Below, one piece after another: positions 39,640-51,543 of a stretch of 64,000 nucleotides of DNA; position 1 is the first letter of the stretch, and each line of letters begins with the position of its first letter. Below the pieces are notes generated by a model. The model was given only the letters and a program-made list of their open reading frames with translations. It had not been told where the DNA came from and searched no databases. Position numbers and translations under genes: made by a program. The DNA lies in NCBI GenBank assembly GCA_002269645.1, contig NIVC01000822.1, forward strand, positions 62,001-126,000, in the 5' to 3' direction. Source of the stretch: Macrostomum lignano (lineage: Eukaryota).

Positions 39640-41618
39640 GATATCACCCCTAAAAAAGGTTATTTCAGATCGTAACTCAGATTTCAAGATGCAATTTCAT
39701 ATCCTTGCTCAAATTTCAAGATTTGTAGTCTAGCATTGGGATGGCTATGGAAACCAGGTTGAAGTTGATTGGAAGTATCTAAGATGAAAATGCATCTTGG
39801 TACCATTGGCAAAAACCAAACTGGATTTTGTTGTTTCAGTAATGACACTGGATGAGCACAACTAAATTCTGCATGTAAGTTGTTTTGCTATTCTTGTTAA
39901 AAATTTTCTTTTGTCTTTTACTTGTAAATGCTGCAGATTTTTTGCTTACTGCATGTTCTTTTCAGTCGGTGGCCCACTGGGAGATTCAATCATTTGCCGG
40001 ATTCGAAGTTGGTGAAATGGAACTTGTGATTGTGATTGATAATGACGGCATGTTCAATTTATTGTAACAATTACAAAAGTTTTTATGAAAATCTAATTGC
40101 TTTCTATTTAGCTATATCTTTCATATACCATTTATTTTGCCATTTATTGCATAGTTGTACTTATGTTTTCTATTATACAATGGAATACCACGGTGTAATT
40201 ATGATCTGTTTGTAAAATGTCTACACTTGCAATACTGCACTACAATTAGCACCATGGCATGATATTACTGAAATAATACAAATGGCAAATAATTTATAAG
40301 AGCAAATCTAACAAATGCAAGGATTTATTGCATCTAGATATTGACACAAAAATCCTTTAAATTCCATTTTGGGTGTTGCCAGTATAGCATCATATTTTAT
40401 ATAGGCTCGTTTAATAGCAATTTTTTACTTCAGTTGTTATTCAATCTTATTCATTTATTTTGACATTCAAAAAGCAATATTTAAATTTATTTATAAATTT
40501 ACATGATTATAGATATAGAAAAGATCCTTATAGGTTGTTTAAAAATTAGTTATAGAAGTATTTCTTGATAATTTAAGCCAATGAAGGTTGGATTTAAACT
40601 GCAACAAAAGGCGTATTTAGTACAAAGCAGTAAAAGAATACATTAATGTCTTACCAATTCTTGCAAGATCATTATTTATTTGTGCAAGATCTTATCTCAT
40701 TCATGCAATACATTGCAAGATCTGGTAAGATTCTCCAAATAAATGCTTACGCGATCATGCATGAAATTATAAGATTGGTAAGTCAGATCTTTTAAGATTC
40801 GATAAGGCATTGTCAACTAGGGATCATATTTACTTTGCCAAAGCAGACACTGGAAATGACTCTGACACTACATTTTTTATAGCTTACCCACTGGCACAAA
40901 CTTGAACTTGTTATAATCAAGCAGATAAAACCATTCACATATCTCAAAGCATATGTAGCACTATAATTTACAACTTAAATATTTTGTTCTTTTTTAAACT
41001 GTGTTCATAGACAGACTCCAGCACATAAAAATATAGAAAAAGATAGCTAACTTTAAGGTTTTATTTTGTGCTTTTTGCAATTTAATTTAATTGTTCAGTT
41101 CAACCACTTAGGCCTCTCCTTGGCCAAGGTCTTTTCAATAAAAGAAAAAAGGTTTTATATACTATGAAGCTTCTTTTTCATACTAAGATTTTGCAAGATA
41201 TAATAGCATTCATGCTGTGCATGCGTCTATTCTATGTGCAACATTTGGAGTATGCAGTGGTCTAGGCAATGAGACCAATGCCACACTCTACATAAGGACA
41301 CACCTGATGTAGCCTTCTAACCTGCTGCATGAGCAGCTACTTCAACTGGCTAGCCATGTCATCTGGTTGGAGGCTTGCTGCTCTGAGCCACTGCATGAAA
41401 TACTATTGCTCAATCTGCAGAGACTGTGTAGGCAAGGCCAAGGGCAAATGGCAAGATACCTTGATAGGCTTTTGACCAATGCTCGCACCCTAGACCAAGC
41501 TAGGGATGTGACTTTCTTAGGGCTATGGCCCAGAGATGCACTCTCTGACTTCTCCCCCTTTCTAGATTCAATGCAAAAGGGGCTTTTTTTACATGAAAAA
41601 AACATCAAATGGTTATGA
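39640..41618 (+). pseudogene. Possible decayed coding segments (39640-39850 and about 41260-41618) with C-to-T-type nonsense codons
   Basis: Protein-like frames PLKKVISDRNSDFKMQFHIL..VV*HWDGYGNQVEVDWKYLR*KCIL.. and HLM*PSNLLHEQLLQLASHVIWLEACC..; no family recognised. Confidence 0.3.
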
Positions 41619-42038
41619 AATTCAAACTTTGTGACTAGCAAGTGAAATATTTTGTTGTTGTTGTTGTAAGAATAAATGAGGGTTGTTCCGAAAGTTTGTG
41701 GACAAACATATTTTTTTTCCAAATGAAAGGCAAATTGAAAGTCACTATACTTTAGGCCATAGACAGCACTTATGTCTCACAACTTTTAATGGTAATGTAA
41801 TCAAATATGTTTAGGTTATTTTTATAGCAGCCATTTAAGTTATCCATTGCGTAAATGTAGTAATATCATCATCAGGTAGGTCCAATGATGATATTACCAT
41901 ACTCATATAAAACAGTGATCATAACCTTTACATTGTGCAGATCAACCTGTACCACGCAGTTGTGGCTTATTTAATGTGGGCTGTCTCATTTTAATATATA
42001 GTGCTTTTAATAGGCAGAGCATAAGATCTCTATTGCAA

Positions 42039-42567
42039 ACATACATGCGCATCTTCCAAAATTTGGTTGGCCATGCAACTTAGCTTTAACAAAAATGCGA
42101 CGTAGTTTTTGGCCAAAAATGCAACTTATATCCAAATTGGTCAGCCAGATTGGCTGATTGTTGCGCATGTATGATTGCAAAAATCATTACCCTTCATTAT
42201 CTCATGTAGGTCAGCATCACAACAACTGTTGCAGGTGTTCATTAAAGGTGTTCATTAATAGCAGAGTTTTTTAGCCAGTGCTTTCTAACCCTTATGTATA
42301 GATTTGGCCGACCGATTTGGTGGCCAACCAAGGAAGTCGCAAAAATGCCAACCCGAAAAAACACCAAGTAGTAGTACTAAGTAGCTAAAGAGGCATTTTG
42401 GGTTTATAAGACAGTCATAGTTACTCCTGCCGTTTACCCAAAGTTGCGTTAATTTTGCTTTTGGGTTTTTTTACATGTAAGTCACATTTTTGGCCAAAAA
42501 CTATGTTGCATTTTTGTTAAAACTAAGTCGCACGGCCGACTGAAATTTGAAGGTTGCACATGTATGT
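42039..42567. mobile_element. Diverged foldback element with about 100-bp inverted repeats
   Basis: ACATACATGCGC..AACAAAAATGCGACGTAGTTTTTGGCCAAAAATG mirrored near 42475-42567. Confidence 0.7.
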
Positions 42568-42682
42568 GTATAGATGTTGTTTAGTTTTTCCAATATAGGA
42601 GATACTTTGGTCCTCAGAGCAAATAAATTTATATACAACACCTACCACAAGAGGATGAGGAACACTAGATTTCAGTTTACAG

Positions 42683-43064
42683 TAGAGGTTGGACGAGATC
42701 CCAATCCCAAATCCAGAAATCTCAGGAAAATTGAATTCCTGCGGGACCAGAATCCTGACCCTAAAAAACTCTAGATTTGGGAACAGGTCTTTTAATTAAA
42801 AATTTATAGAATTAGTGATTACATGAAAGTATTTTGCTTTAACTTGTACTCATTACATTATTTACTTTGTTGGTTACAAAACTTCATAATTTTGTTGTGT
42901 TTTACTTCTTGATCTTGATAATCTTTTCTTAATTTTGTTTAACTTTACATGGACAATATACTAAAAGACCTGATCCTGATTCTCAAATCCTGATCCTGAT
43001 CCCGAGAAAAAAATTATTCCCAATCTCAATCCCGCCCGAAGATTTCAATCCCATCCAACCTCTA
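42683..43064. mobile_element. hAT-type MITE
   Basis: TIR TAGAGGTTGGA / TCCAACCTCTA; 8-bp TSD GTTTACAG / GTCTACAG (7/8). Confidence 0.8.
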
Positions 43065-44407
43065 GTCTACAGACAAACTTAGCAACCTTTTCAATGTAAA
43101 AAATGATAGATTTAAGCATTCAAGTCTTTATAGAGCAGCTTTTCAATCTTCTTTTTGAACTCAATAAAACAAACACCAAAGAAAGATAAAATGATCAAGG
43201 GACAATTAGAGATAGATTTACAAACTTTCATCTAAGTAGGTTTCTGATCAGGTCATCTTATCAGGTCAGGTCAGTTCATCTGAGTAGGTCAGTCAATTTA
43301 TCATTGAGAAAAGAGTTAGCAATTTTCAATACAAAGCTCCTAGGGTAGCCATTGTAACTGAGCAAGTTAGTAAATATTTTAACTATGTTGTGAAAAAGCC
43401 TCTAGGAACTGCAAAAAGAAAAGGCCTAATGAAGAAAATAGCAAACCAATCTAACTTTCCATTTTCTAAGGCACAAGGCATCATACCTAAGCATAAACCT
43501 AGTAAAGCCTTCTAGAAAGAAAGGAAATTTTCTACTTCTACCTTCCATCATGAATTTGATATTCTTATGAATAGAACTGATAATGTTAAAAAACTTTTTT
43601 TAGTTTATTATTAGTTTCTTACTAACTCAATAAAAATAATAAGTTTTTTTCCATGATGATATTGGTACATGCATTGTATTGTAGCTAAGAAATCGCCCAA
43701 TTATAAAGGAATTAAATATTCAAAAAACATGAAAAAACAAAGGTCCAACAGAACTTTACTTAAAATATATTGTAAGATGTCCAATTTTTTTGCTAAAGAA
43801 AAAAACTGACTGGCTGTCAGCATGGCAATAATCTTGAATCTTAACTTATCTTATCTTAAGTTCAGAAGTTTAGGTTTAGGTATAGAGTTTAGGTCTTGAA
43901 AATCTTGAGAAATCATAAGACTTGATTATTTAACCAAAGATAAAAATATAATTCATTTTGTTTAGGCTTGTTGAAATCATTCTAATTCAGACAAAAGTGC
44001 ATACAAATAGTTACAATTGTTTATCTTCAACTCTAGAAAAAATTCTATGCTTGCCTAGTTGTACTTCTAGTTCTAAAATGTATAAAAACAAATAAAACTT
44101 CCTTTTAGCTAGAACTAGCAATCTACGCCCCTGTTGCGGAGCCAAAGAAATGCAATACACATTTTTTGCATTTACCTAGGCTGCCTAAGGGAAATGGGAA
44201 AGTTGGTTTGATAATTCCATAACCATATTGATATAGAAGTGAATTCTTCTATATCATATCAGTATAGCTATGTAAAATTACAGGCAGGCAAACTCAAACG
44301 ATACAAATGCAGAGCTGCCATCACATCATCGGTAACCGGTCGTTTCGCCCTAAACTGTTTTGGACATTAACCGTTTCACTTCCAAGCCTCCTGATCGAAA
44401 TGACCTA

Positions 44408-44664
44408 GGGCCTTTTCATATTACCAATTCCAGAACCAGAATCGGTTCGGAATTCCAAGAAAAACAGCAGTAAAACTATTAAACTCTGTTAATATTTGAC
44501 TGCCTTAACAACCTAACTTAGCACAATTTTTCACTTTCTTGGCGATTGTCATTCAATAATAAAAACTTTATAGTACCTATCTCTGTCAAGTTATGGAGAC
44601 AATAAGTTATACTTCACAAATTGGTTCTGGTTCTGGAACCAGAGCAAGCAATATGAAAAGGCCC
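44408..44664. mobile_element. PIF/Harbinger-like MITE
   Basis: 15-bp TIR GGGCCTTTTCATATT; 3-bp TSD CTA. Confidence 0.75.
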
Positions 44665-44737
44665 CTAGATATGCTTTTTATACACTTTTTCAAGGACCTT
44701 GCACTTTTTACTGTTGCCTTCTTAGAAAAAACAGCAC

Positions 44738-45711
44738 GGGTCTCCCTAAAACACAACACGCACCACCCGAGTGGCATCGATAAAAACCCGGACTAAAGGT
44801 ACAAAAACGAGTGCATAAGATCGGGTAAATGCCATGTCATATGCCACGGTGACATGTCTTCTACTCAATTAAAAGTGGGCTTATGTATAAATCCAATGAA
44901 CTACTTCCTCACGCACGGTGCACTGACCCAAACCGCTACACGTTATAACATTTTTTATCAATGCAGTATTTGATTGCAGAGAAAACTGTTTGTTGTAAGA
45001 GTAATGCAAAAAATAACTTAAGTTATTATTTTAAATAATATTATTAGTTTTCATATTCTCGTTTTCATTACTAAATTATATTGATACTATGGCACTCGTT
45101 TATTTGCACGGTACCGTGTAAATACATGTAATACAGTCGTTGTTTACACGGTAACTAAAATAAAGACTAGTATATACACTAGTTTTATATACTGTGTGGT
45201 GCTTATAGCTATGGTCCAGTTATATTTGACCACAAATCTATCCTTTTGAAGGCGAATAAGTCGCATTGTCGTTCGTTTCTTTTGCATGAATAATATAGTA
45301 TACGAGTACGAGCTAATAAAAAACGCTAAGCTATAAACACATATAAATCAAGCCTAAACTCCATCTAAGTTAGTTAAAACTCATTATGAAAATACAAGAT
45401 ACAGGGGCAAATATTGAGTAGTCCCTGAAAGGATAACTATTTAATTTTTCAGTTACCGTGTAGTAAATAACACCTGCAATATTTACACGATTTACCGTGC
45501 AAATAACGACTGCCAAATATTTTTTGAATAATATTACTATTAAAATCACTTATTATTCACCAAAATTTATATTTCAATGTAAAAAAACTAAATTTAATAA
45601 AAAATTAAAGCTTAACAAAAAACGCATTTTGAAATGTCTTCAGTTATAGTCCGATTTGTTTTAATGTGTAGCGCTGCTGCAGGGCGGTGCGGGCGTGTTT
45701 TAGTAAGACCT
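44738..45711. mobile_element. Second MULE-like element, same family as 25944-30057
   Basis: TIR GGGTCTCCCTAAAACAC / GTGTTTTAGTAAGACCT; 9-bp TSD AAACAGCAC; shares 3' subterminal blocks (AATGCAGTATTTGATTGCAGA, GAAATGTCTTCAGTTATAGTCC). Confidence 0.8.
45091..45514. mobile_element. MITE nested in the second MULE
   Basis: GGCACTCGTTTATTTGCACGGTA ... TACCGTGCAAATAACGACTGCC inverted ends; interrupts sequence that is contiguous in the other copy. Confidence 0.7.
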
Positions 45712-46110
45712 AAACAGCACTAACCTTAAATAACATTTTTTAAACAATACAACAAAATCTCGATGCTAAAGTACATTATCTAAAAAATTACAAAGAAGCG
45801 AAATACTCTGGATATACTTGCAGATGTTAAAATATATATCGTACAATTATTGTAAAAATGAAACATTTCTAAAAGCAATACCGCGGGAATTTTTTGCTGC
45901 CTTTTTGGAAATTATATGAACTATATATAAATTGGCTTGGCCTTAGCAAATTGGCATATTAATCCAATAATTTTAGCTATGTATTTGTAGTCACATACTG
46001 TACAATGATGGTTGTTGCAGACAAAGGTGAACGACAGTTTATATAATAGTGTATTTTACTATTTATATATACAAATAGCTCGTACACTCGCCACACTCTA
46101 GACTCTTTAC

Positions 46111-46165
46111 TTATTTTGCTCTGAAGAAGGCAAATACACGCCGAAAGCGCTCGAGCTAAATTAAA
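46111..46165 (+). ncRNA. Minimal type-I hammerhead ribozyme-like motif of Penelope-like element pseudo-LTR type
   Basis: CTGAAGA (46121-27), A, stem II GGC/GCC, GAAA (46143-46), palindromic helix III AGCGCT, cleavage triplet CUC, stem I TTTTGCT/AGCTAAA; two extra nucleotides relative to the canonical core. Confidence 0.65.
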
Positions 46166-46697
46166 TCCACAGTTTTTCTCCTTAGTTTACTTATTTATTG
46201 CTTGCAATCTTCGTCCGGTCAGCTGTTTTGGCCTAACCAATATCATTTCTTGACGATTGCGGGTCGCATTAGTTGCAGCGAGTCTTATCAGTTTGTCGTG
46301 AACTCCTGCCGATCGGTTCGTTCGTTAATCCCGCCTCATACAGTAGAACATTTTAGTTCAGGGTGAACAACGCGCTTAGAAGTTTGTCGGCTGTAATTTA
46401 GCTGCACTCTATTTAGTGCTGCCTCAGATAGCCTAAGAAGCACTCTTGAGCAGTCATTGCTCAAATTGAACCATGCGCAGGCTGCGTGGCGCGTTAGAGA
46501 GTGTGCTCAGCCATTGTACTCACAATTTCTCTGCACTTCTCCGCAGCGGAGAGCGAAACTTCTCTTCAAGGCCATTCGGTTGACAGTGCTTTCTGGGGCT
46601 TTATATGTTACCTGGTCTCACGTGATTCGGTGTTTCAGACTTCGGTCTTTCAGTCTCGGTTTCATTCCAGCTCGCCTTGTGAACGGACAGCCGGAGC

Positions 46698-47663
46698 ATG
46701 TCGAGTCGGGTCTCTCGCATCGTCCTGATGACGGTGACCACAGCCCTCATGCTCGTCACCTTCGCCTTCAACTTCCTGAGCTTCTCTCCGCTGGGCCGCA
46801 GTCTGGGCATCTTCTCCAACTCTAGCGGCAGCGTGTGGGACAACCGCAACAACCTGACCCAGAGCGGCCTGAACCCGCCCGAGTACGCCTTCGGTGTGTG
46901 GGGCTTCATCTACCTGTACCAGGTGTGCATGCTGGCTTACTGCTGGAGCCTGCTGTTCCGCAGCACCAGCCGAGGCCAGCCGCTGTGCTGCGTGCCTGGC
47001 CTGCTGCCCGTGGGCTACCTGGTCTGCCACTCGCTCAGCAGCGTCTTCAACACCGCCTTCGTCCTGCTGGCCGGCAGAACTGACCGCAAGTACTTTCTTA
47101 TCGTCCTGATCTTCGTGATGCTCGCGCTGGCCGTGTCGCTCAGCGTCGGAGTGATCATCTCCATCCGCCAGCTGTGGCTGGGAAGGCTCCGGCTACAGCA
47201 GGAGGGCCTGCTGCCGCACTACTGGCTGGTCATCGGCCTGCAGCAGAACGCCTGCGGCTTCTACGCCGGCTGGGCGTGGATCGCCCTCTTCATCAACATC
47301 GACAACGCCATCATCAACCTGGCCGACTGGCCAGTCACCAGCAGCTCGCTGCTGTGCCTCTGTCAGCTGTTCGCGCTGCTGGCCGCCTACGTCACCGCCG
47401 ACCTGTCCATCCTGGACCCCCACCTGCGCTTCTTCTTCGGGCCCTACCTGACCCTGCTGTGGGCCGTGGCCACAGGCGTCGGCGCCAGCTACAGCCCGGC
47501 CTCGGCTGTGACCAAAGTCACTCTGGAGCTGGCGGTCGCCCTGGCGCTGGTCATCATCGTCAAGTCGGTTCTGGCCGTCATCAGGCAGAAGAGGAATCCA
47601 CTGCCGATGCCCGGCAGTGGCCACGGCGGCGCGTATGACGGGAGCTTCGAGAAGGCTTCTTAG
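46698..47663 (+). CDS. Intronless multi-pass (about 8 TM) TSPO/TspO-MBR-related membrane protein, paralog A (321 aa)
   Basis: NPPEYAFGVWGFIY and FYAGWAWIALFIN resemble TSPO PPxWxFxxVWxxLY and YxxWxxxAxxLN; upstream pyrimidine tract plus CAG acceptor-like site near 46670; AATAAA near 47711. Confidence 0.85.
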   Translation: MSSRVSRIVLMTVTTALMLVTFAFNFLSFSPLGRSLGIFSNSSGSVWDNRNNLTQSGLNPPEYAFGVWGFIYLYQVCMLAYCWSLLFRSTSRGQPLCCVPGLLPVGYLVCHSLSSVFNTAFVLLAGRTDRKYFLIVLIFVMLALAVSLSVGVIISIRQLWLGRLRLQQEGLLPHYWLVIGLQQNACGFYAGWAWIALFINIDNAIINLADWPVTSSSLLCLCQLFALLAAYVTADLSILDPHLRFFFGPYLTLLWAVATGVGASYSPASAVTKVTLELAVALALVIIVKSVLAVIRQKRNPLPMPGSGHGGAYDGSFEKAS

Positions 47664-48009
47664 ATCAGCTGCGAGTGCAGCCGGATCTGGCTTTTTTTTA
47701 AAAATCACTGAAATAAACACGAATTTTCTCTTGGTTATCTAACTGTAGATTACAGACCTATCCACACTGTGTAGCTGGTGTCTTTAATATTAACTGCACT
47801 TGCACTTGCAATCTTTGTCTTACAAACACCGCTTTGTCCTAAAAAGCGAAATATATATGTATATAATTTAACAGGTTCTTTATGAACGTATTGTCCAAAA
47901 CTAAATGTTTCAGACTGCGTTACTTTTAAGTTATTGATTTTTTTAAATCTCATCTCTCCCTACTCTTTCCCATCTGTTCACATCCTCTCGTGTCCTCTCT
48001 CCTCCTGAA

Positions 48010-48490
48010 GACAGGTGAATGAAAGACAGAAAGCTAGTTGATAACAGGTGAATGAAAGACGAGAAGCTTGTTGATGACAGGTGAATGACAGACAGAAAGC
48101 TTTAGTTGATAACAGGTGAATGAAAGACGAGAAGCTTGTTGATGACAGGTGAATGACAGACAGAAAGCTATTGTTGATAACAGGTGAATGACAGACAGAA
48201 AGATAGTTGATAACAGGTGAATGACAGACGAGAAGCTTCTTGATGACAGGTGAATGACAAACATAATGCTAGTTGATAACAGGTGAATGAAAGACGAGAA
48301 GCTTGTTGATGACAGGTGAATGACAGACAAAAAGCTAGTTGCTAAAAGGTGAATGACAGACAGAAAGCTAGTTGATGACAGGTGAATGAAAGACGAGAAG
48401 CTTGTTGATGACAGGTGAATAACAGACAGAATGCTAGTTGATGACAGTTAAATGAGACAGAAAGCTGATTGATGACAGGTGAATGACAGG
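48010..48490. repeat. About 33-bp minisatellite (GACAGGTGAATGACAGACAGAAAGCTAGTTGAT)
   Basis: About 14 units with two alternating variants. Confidence 0.9.
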
Positions 48491-48989
48491 CGGAAATCAA
48501 TGACCTGTCATGATTATGGCATGACACATAAAGGTGTATTTTGCGCTGCTTTTAGAGCACAGAGTGAACTCTATAATACACTAACTATTATCACTTCTCA
48601 ACCCTGCAGAGCTGAATTGTTTCTGGCTATTAGACAGCAAGCGAAAATAAATTTAAAGATGCGCTTGCACTTAGAGAGCTGCCTCCAACAAGGAAAGCCG
48701 AAGAAATCTAAAGAACAAAAATAAGGCCTATTTTTAGCGCCAGCAGAGAACGAATGGCGTGGACGGCCAGATTTGAATTGTAATTACACTTTTCTCGCTG
48801 AGAGCCTGCATTAGATGGGCACTCTGTGGATGCGTGCTGCGAGGCCTCACCCACTCTGCACTCCCTGCCCCTTTAGCTGCGCGGGCCGTGTGACCAAGCG
48901 AATCGTTGTTTCAATAATAAGGCCCCCGAGGACTGCTCAAGGCCCCACCCCACTCCCAGAGAATGAGCCACGCGCTCCGTGCAGTTGAG

Positions 48990-49021
48990 TATAAATACGG
49001 AGGGCGCCTCTCGACTCAGTC
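48990..49021 (+). promoter_or_regulatory. TATA box plus Inr core promoter of paralog B
   Basis: TATAAATA at 48990 and TCAGTC with A at 49018 (28-nt spacing), 46 nt before the ATG. Confidence 0.7.
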
Positions 49022-49063
49022 GTTTTTCACCTACCCAATTTCGGAGCCAAGCCCAACGCAAAC

Positions 49064-50032
49064 ATGGTCCACCAAGCCGTGCAGATCACTCTGGTGGCTC
49101 TGACCACTATCATGCTGGTGCTCACGCTGCTGTTCAACTACTTCAGCACCTCGGAGGTTGGCTACAGGCTGGGCCTGTTCTCCATCAACAGCGCCACCCC
49201 GTGGACTCAGCGCGCCAACCTCACCAAGAGCAACCTGACCCCGCCTGGCTGGGCCTTCACCGTCTGGGCGGTGATCTACGTGTACCAGGGCGTGATGCTG
49301 GCGTACTGCTGGAGCCTGCTGTTCATCAAGAACGCGGCCGGCGAGCCACTGTGCTGCGTGCCCGGCCTCCTGCCTGTGGGCTTCCTGATCTGCCACATGA
49401 TCAGCAGCGGCTTCAACATCGCCTGGATATTTGTCACGGACAAGGTGGAGTACAACAAGTACAACCTCATCCCGCAGACCATCATGCTCTTCCTGCTAGC
49501 CATCTCCCTGTGGGCCTGCCTGATCTTCTCCTTCAACCGGCTGTCGGCCCACAAGATAGAGCTGCGGCAGCAGGGCCTACGGCTGCACTACTGGCTGGTC
49601 ATCGGCCTGATGCAGAACTCCTGCGGTTTCTACGTCGGCTGGACCTGCATCGCCAGCTTCCTCAATCTGGACATCGCCATCGTCAACATCACCGGCTACA
49701 CGGCGGCTACCAGCTCCCTGCTGGCCCTATGCCAGTTCTGCGGCCTCCTTGGCGCCTACATCACCGCCGACTTCTCCTTCCTGGACCCCTTCCTGCGCTT
49801 CTTCATCGCGCCCTACCTCACCCTCATCTGGGCCTTAGCCACCTCCGTTGCCGGCAACTATGCGGCCGGCTCCGTCACCTCAGATCTGACGGTGGAGCTG
49901 ACGGCTGCTCTGATTGCCGCCCTCATTGTGAAGGTGGTTCTGGCCATTGTGAGACAGAAGCGCGACCCACTGCCGGACAGCACCTCCAGCAGCCGCATCA
50001 TGGACAGCAAGGAGGCGGCCACGCCAAATTAA
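49064..50032 (+). CDS. Intronless TSPO/TspO-MBR-related membrane protein, paralog B (322 aa)
   Basis: TPPGWAFTVWAVIY, QNSCGFYVGWTCIASFLN; colinear with paralog A over the full length. Confidence 0.85.
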   Translation: MVHQAVQITLVALTTIMLVLTLLFNYFSTSEVGYRLGLFSINSATPWTQRANLTKSNLTPPGWAFTVWAVIYVYQGVMLAYCWSLLFIKNAAGEPLCCVPGLLPVGFLICHMISSGFNIAWIFVTDKVEYNKYNLIPQTIMLFLLAISLWACLIFSFNRLSAHKIELRQQGLRLHYWLVIGLMQNSCGFYVGWTCIASFLNLDIAIVNITGYTAATSSLLALCQFCGLLGAYITADFSFLDPFLRFFIAPYLTLIWALATSVAGNYAAGSVTSDLTVELTAALIAALIVKVVLAIVRQKRDPLPDSTSSSRIMDSKEAATPN

Positions 50033-50107
50033 GGCTGTGTTAGGGGAGTGACAGATTCAGGCTGAGTGCTTTACTTGACAGGAAATATTGACAGGTGACG
50101 GGTGAAG

Positions 50108-50500
50108 CACACGAGACAGGAGACAATCAGACAGGTGGAGAACACATGAGACAGGAGACAATCAGACAGGTGGAGAACGCATGAGACAGGAGACAATCAG
50201 ACAGGTGGAGAACACATGAGACAGGAGACAATCAGACAGGTGGAGAACACATGAGACAGGAGACAATCAGACAGGTGGAGAACGCATGAGACAGGAGACA
50301 ATCAGACAGGTGGAGAACGCATGAGACAGGAGACAATCAGACAGGTGGAGAACACATGAGACAGGAGACAATCAGACAGGTGGAGAACACATGAGACAGG
50401 AGACAATCAGACAGGTAGAGAACACATGAGACTGGAGTGAGTCAGACAGGCAGAGAACATGAGACTGGAGTCAGTCAGACAGGCAGAGAACATGAGACTA
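50108..50500. repeat. 35-bp minisatellite (ACATGAGACAGGAGACAATCAGACAGGTGGAGAAC)
   Basis: About 11 units just 3' of paralog B. Confidence 0.9.
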
Positions 50501-51543
50501 TTATAGAGTAGATTACCTGGGTCGTTCTCAAATTCTGGTAGGAGCGAAAATTTTAACAATTTTCCGAACATTTACTATTGTTACTGCCGTATTGAAAACA
50601 ATATGACACTTTCATCTGTGAATAAAGATATTTTTGGGTTGAAATTTATGTTGCAAAAGTGTTTTAAGTTATCTTGTGGTATTAGGCGATATTAGGCGAT
50701 GAAAAAAATTCAAATTCAACCACTTCATTGATGTTCTGATTTTTTACACTATGATGTCTGTAACTTAAAAAAGTTGTTTTTGTGTTGAAAACTTGCTATA
50801 TTACATTAAAAACGAAATGTTTTATAAATTTAATTTAGGAAATTTTTCAAAGACATGTAAACTGCACTTTAAACGATTTTATAGACGCTTAACTGTATGC
50901 CTAGCATTCCCAGTGGTACAGCCACTCTGCGTCTCACGAAATGTTTTTTGGCTGATGCCTAGAATGAGTGCTTAAAATGATACATTTTGATACAGATGAT
51001 TAGAAAAACATGTATTAGTTTCTTTTTGTAAAAAACTTTCATGAAGTAGAGCACTAATTGTTGATAAAAAAAATTAAAAGCTACCATGAATCGTATAGAA
51101 CCCTACTTTGAAGCACAAGATAAATTTTCTTGTAACCACACTAGCTTTCTCCATGGAGCACCTTTTGAGCCGAGATTTTGAGCAGAGAGCAACCACTTCA
51201 GCAGGATCGTCCTTTGCCACCGCATCCTTCGAAATGGCATCGATTTATTGAGCAGGCAGCGAGCCAGCAACATGTGAGATTTTTGCTTCCATGAGTTTAG
51301 TTCTATTAGTTCCATTTTTAATAGATAACAAGTATAATTAGTCTTTGACCAGGGGTGTCGGACCACTTTTTAGCATGATCCCGCAAATGCCATTTTCTTT
51401 GAATTTTAAACAAGTGTTGGCCGGTTTTGGGCTTTGGCTTTTCTGGGTCTTTTTGAGGTTTTTCTGAGGGTACATTAAAAATGTTAAAAGTGTTAAAATT
51501 AAAAATGGTCATTACCCTCAATCGGGGTATGTGGACATATAAT

